Below, one piece after another: positions 56,401-60,090 of a stretch of DNA of 60,090 nucleotides. Position 1 is the first letter of the stretch. The number at the start of each line of letters is the position of its first letter. The position numbers and the translations under genes are program-made. The notes under the pieces were generated by a model. That model did no database searches and was not told where the DNA came from. It saw only the letters and a list, made by a program, of their open reading frames with translations. Source of the DNA: Myxococcota bacterium (lineage in GTDB: Bacteria > Myxococcota_C > UBA6777); contig JAKLKB010000066.1 in NCBI GenBank assembly GCA_023150835.1, positions 1-60,090 on the forward strand. The letters are read 5' to 3'.

Positions 56401-59400
56401 TACTAACCTCAAAAGAGACCGTCCTAATCTGCCATTCTCTCGGATGCCGTAAGGCGTTGAGCACGAAGAGATCCGCGAAGTCTTGCGCGCTCTTGATCCT
56501 GCCATTCTCTCGGATGCCGTAAGGCGTTGAGCACGACGCGGGCAAGCGACAAAGCGCCCCTCCTCAAACCCTGCCATTCTCTCGGATGCCGTAAGGCGTT
56601 GAGCACTCTCGGCGGTGCTTCGACCAGTTCGGACGGTTCAATCTGCCATTCTCTCGGATGCCGTAAGGCGTTGAGCACTTGAGGGCTTTGGGATCGCATG
56701 GAATTAAGGAAGGACTGCCATTCTCTCGGATGCCGTAAGGCGTTGAGCACTGGACTTTTCAACGAACACTTATTCGCCTGTTGCGGGACTGCCATTCTCT
56801 CGGATGCCGTAAGGCGTTGAGCACCCACCCAACACTCCCAAGTCTCCCCCCCGTGGGGCGCTGCCATTCTCTCGGATGCCGTAAGGCGTTGAGCACAAGA
56901 GAGGGAAAAGAAAAAAACAAAGCGCGATCCCACTGCCATTCTCTCGGATGCCGTAAGGCGTTGAGCACGGGGCGCGGTTGTTTTCTGCGCCCTCTTTGCC
57001 GCGCCTGCCATTCTCTCGGATGCCGTAAGGCGTTGAGCACTACCCTCCCACTTCTACGCAGCGATCCGCTGCGTCAAAGTCTGCCATTCTCTCGGATGCC
57101 GTAAGGCGTTGAGCACGCAAGCAAATCTTGTGTAAGTTCGGCTTGAGGACTGACTGCCATTCTCTCGGATGCCGTAAGGCGTTGAGCACAGCCTGCCTTG
57201 CCTGCAAAAAGGCATGCGGAAGTGTTCTGCCATTCTCTCGGATGCCGTAAGGCGTTGAGCACACGCAAATCACCTCGATAGCAAAAGCCCCCTACGCGGC
57301 TGCCATTCTCTCGGATGCCGTAAGGCGTTGAGCACATCTCTATCATCCGAATCTATGCTATTCCTTAGACCTGCCATTCTCTCGGATGCCGTAAGGCGTT
57401 GAGCACATGGTGGATATGGCGGCTCGTATGCCGGGTCAAGTGGGTCTGCCATTCTCTCGGATGCCGTAAGGCGTTGAGCACAGAATGGAGCACCGATATT
57501 GCCCAGAAAGCTATCCTGCCATTCTCTCGGATGCCGTAAGGCGTTGAGCACCCGGTAAAATCTCGCATGCTTGGCAGACTGGGAACCTGCCATTCTCTCG
57601 GATGCCGTAAGGCGTTGAGCACTACCAAGAAAAGTCTGCGTAAGCGCTAGGTGAGGATCTGCCATTCTCTCGGATGCCGTAAGGCGTTGAGCACTCCGCG
57701 TTGGGGCGCGTGGACAGGTGCAATTGGTCCTGCCATTCTCTCGGATGCCGTAAGGCGTTGAGCACTATTTTGGTTGTTTGGGCTGTCTTTTTGCGGTCAT
57801 CCTGCCATTCTCTCGGATGCCGTAAGGCGTTGAGCACCTATGCGCTACCGATATGTTGTAGGCACGGTGCATCCTGCCATTCTCTCGGATGCCGTAAGGC
57901 GTTGAGCACAAACTCCCCCAACAACGCTTGAGCTTTTGACTGATCTGCCATTCTCTCGGATGCCGTAAGGCGTTGAGCACTTTGTATCACCCACCGAGGC
58001 GAGGTGACAGACATTTCTGCCATTCTCTCGGATGCCGTAAGGCGTTGAGCACACGATTCGCCACTGCCCATCGAGGCGATCCCGAACAAGCTGCCATTCT
58101 CTCGGATGCCGTAAGGCGTTGAGCACTACTGGTGGAATTGGGTACATTTGAACATGATCGGCCCCTGCCATTCTCTCGGATGCCGTAAGGCGTTGAGCAC
58201 ACACAGGTCGCGGCAGAGTGCTTTCGCGTGTTGCCTGCCATTCTCTCGGATGCCGTAAGGCGTTGAGCACCTCAAGAGTAGCGCTAAGGACAGCACAGCG
58301 AAACCTGCCATTCTCTCGGATGCCGTAAGGCGTTGAGCACTACCAAGAAAAGTCTGCGTAAGCAAAGTCTGCGTAAGCCTGCCATTCTCTCGGATGCCGT
58401 AAGGCGTTGAGCACTAAGCAAAGGGCTACAAGGCAAGCTGATCCCGCGTGTCTGCCATTCTCTCGGATGCCGTAAGGCGTTGAGCACGGGCTGGATCTGT
58501 GGGATGCCTTCTCTTCGCGGGCTGCCATTCTCTCGGATGCCGTAAGGCGTTGAGCACAAGGCGCGTTTGTTTGTTCCCTTCTCCATTGTTTCAACCTGCC
58601 ATTCTCTCGGATGCCGTAAGGCGTTGAGCACGATAATTTCGCCGCGTTCTGCTTGCTTTGTTCGTCGTCTGCCATTCTCTCGGATGCCGTAAGGCGTTGA
58701 GCACCTCCAGCTCTGTGTAGTCAAAAGGGTTGGCGTACCTGCCATTCTCTCGGATGCCGTAAGGCGTTGAGCACCTCGGTGCGTGGTACAATATGCCCCT
58801 TTTTTCCCTCGCTGCCATTCTCTCGGATGCCGTAAGGCGTTGAGCACACGGTGTTCCCCAAATTCCCGTACATTCTGGGGAGAGTCTGCCATTCTCTCGG
58901 ATGCCGTAAGGCGTTGAGCACGGATACCCGAAGCGGTGATCGTTGTCGAAGTGATCCTGCCATTCTCTCGGATGCCGTAAGGCGTTGAGCACTAAATCCC
59001 TTCGTCTTGAAAGGCGATCTCCAACACCTGCCATTCTCTCGGATGCCGTAAGGCGTTGAGCACGAGAAGTCTTTCTAGCCCTACTCTGGAGCGTCGCCTG
59101 CCATTCTCTCGGATGCCGTAAGGCGTTGAGCACTCGGACGGGCGGGCTTTTACAACAACACGCAATTTGCTGCCATTCTCTCGGATGCCGTAAGGCGTTG
59201 AGCACAGCACAGCACGGGCGGCGATCTAGAAAAACTTGTTTTGCTGCAAAACTGCCATTCTCTCGGATGCCGTAAGGCGTTGAGCACGATAATTTCGCCG
59301 CGTTCTGCTTGCTTTGTTCGTCGTGCTGCCATTCTCTCGGATGCCGTAAGGCGTTGAGCACAATCGTCATGCTCCCAAGGTTTTCAGGATAGGCGTCCTG

Positions 59401-59576
59401 CCATTCTCTCGGATGCCGTAAGGCGTTGAGCACTATTCGACTTGCGCAAAAATTACATTGATCATCGTCTGCCATTCTCTCGGATGCCGTAAGGCGTTGA
59501 GCACGTTCAGGTAAAACCACCGAGCCGAGAGGTGAAGATTCTGCCATTCTCTCGGATGCCGTAAGGCGTTGAGCAC
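53446..59576 (+). CRISPR. Type I-B (MYXAN) CRISPR array: 85 copies of a 36-bp repeat and 84 spacers (mostly 34-40 nt)
   Basis: Repeat CTGCCATTCTCTCGGATGCCGTAAGGCGTTGAGCAC, counted by hand. Orientation inferred from leader position and the hairpin + 8-nt TTGAGCAC handle. Confidence 0.99.
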
Positions 59577-59878
59577 GAAAAGCATAAGCTTTAGAAGAAA
59601 TCGGTGCGAGCGAAGAAGCGGGGGCAGAGGCGATCAATTGACGCGCTGGACATCGGAGATATCATTTCTCTCGGCTTTATAGCACGGGACGATTGAACTG
59701 GTGATGAAAAGAAAGCCGCAGCATCCGTGATCTTCAATCTTCGACTGCTTACCTTTTCAATCGACCTCTGCTATCAAACAATCGATTTGTTGGTTTGAAA
59801 AACGTTCGAAATCGTATCTAGGAGCGACTCGTGGACAAATCCCCGTGTTCGCGGTATTTCAAGCGAAAGCGTCGTTTG

Positions 59879-59961
59879 TGTTGAAAAACATTGATCTTTT
59901 CGCCGATACAGGGTCAAGGGAGCGGTGCTCCCTTGCGGGGTGTGGGGTGGCACCCCATACG
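59879..59961 (-). repeat. Repeat family B copy
   Basis: Reverse complement ATGGGGTGCCACCCCACACCCCGCAAGGGAGCACCGCTCCCTTGACCCTG...TTTTTCAACAC. Confidence 0.75.
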
Positions 59962-60090
59962 CGCCTTGTTAAGGTGGAAACCTCGTAGAGTCGGTCTTGA
60001 TCGCCTTTTTTTTCTCCCCCCCTCAATCCCCCCGGCCAACGGGGGGAAGTTGGAACGGGCAGCGTCTGCATTTCGTGCATACAGCGTGCG

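Noticed and set aside
56090-57370. 13-nt shared word TATCATCCGAATC in spacers 37 and 54
   Set aside because: The flanks differ; it could be chance or distant paralogous targets, and cannot be supported here.
53446-59576. Self-targeting spacers
   Set aside because: No spacer match to this window was found by eye; the rest of the genome was not available.
43588-59576. CRISPR-associated transposon (I-B CAST) interpretation
   Set aside because: No tnsA/B/C/tniQ in the window, and Cas3 plus the adaptation genes are intact.
53329-59637. Many ORFs with VLNALRHPREWQ / CSTPYGIRENG / AQRLTASERMA repeats
   Set aside because: They are translations of the CRISPR repeat, not genes.
59577-59690. Possible degenerate trailer repeat (ATTTCTCTCGG...AGCAC near 59664-59685)
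   Set aside because: It lacks the hairpin core and is off-period; too weak to extend the array.

Overview
Chromosomal segment from what looks like a Myxococcota/deltaproteobacterial genome. This is inferred from a MYXO-CTERM-like sorting signal, FHA-GGDEF, PEGA/kelch lipoproteins and a MYXAN-type Cas locus. There is one 29-N assembly gap at 23085-23113. The first ~43 kb is mostly housekeeping and envelope genes: rpmB, tRNA-Val/tRNA-Asp, cstA, fbaB, a FadL-type porin, ruvC, the ffh-rpsP-khpA-rimM-trmD-SPOUT MTase-rplS-rnhB-yraN cluster, pyk and a transglutaminase cluster. Two dispersed REP/MITE-like families are scattered through it, along with two accessory-looking inserts: a nucleotidyltransferase two-gene module bracketed by 111-bp direct repeats, and a 1296-aa SF1 helicase with helical repeats. 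The last 17 kb is a complete type I-B (I-MYXAN/Dev-type) CRISPR-Cas locus: WYL regulator, cas6, cas3, cas8 (with a likely internal cas11), cas7, cas5, cas4-cas1, cas2, leader, and an array of 85 repeats and 84 spacers counted by hand. The best candidate for an undescribed system lies in the cas5/cas4-cas1 intergenic region. There, two degenerate CRISPR repeats keep the Cas6 hairpin, share a variant handle, bracket a 57-nt self-folding spacer and are followed by a terminator. This suggests a Cas6-processed, crRNA-like regulatory RNA. All calls come from reading motifs by eye; no database searches were run.
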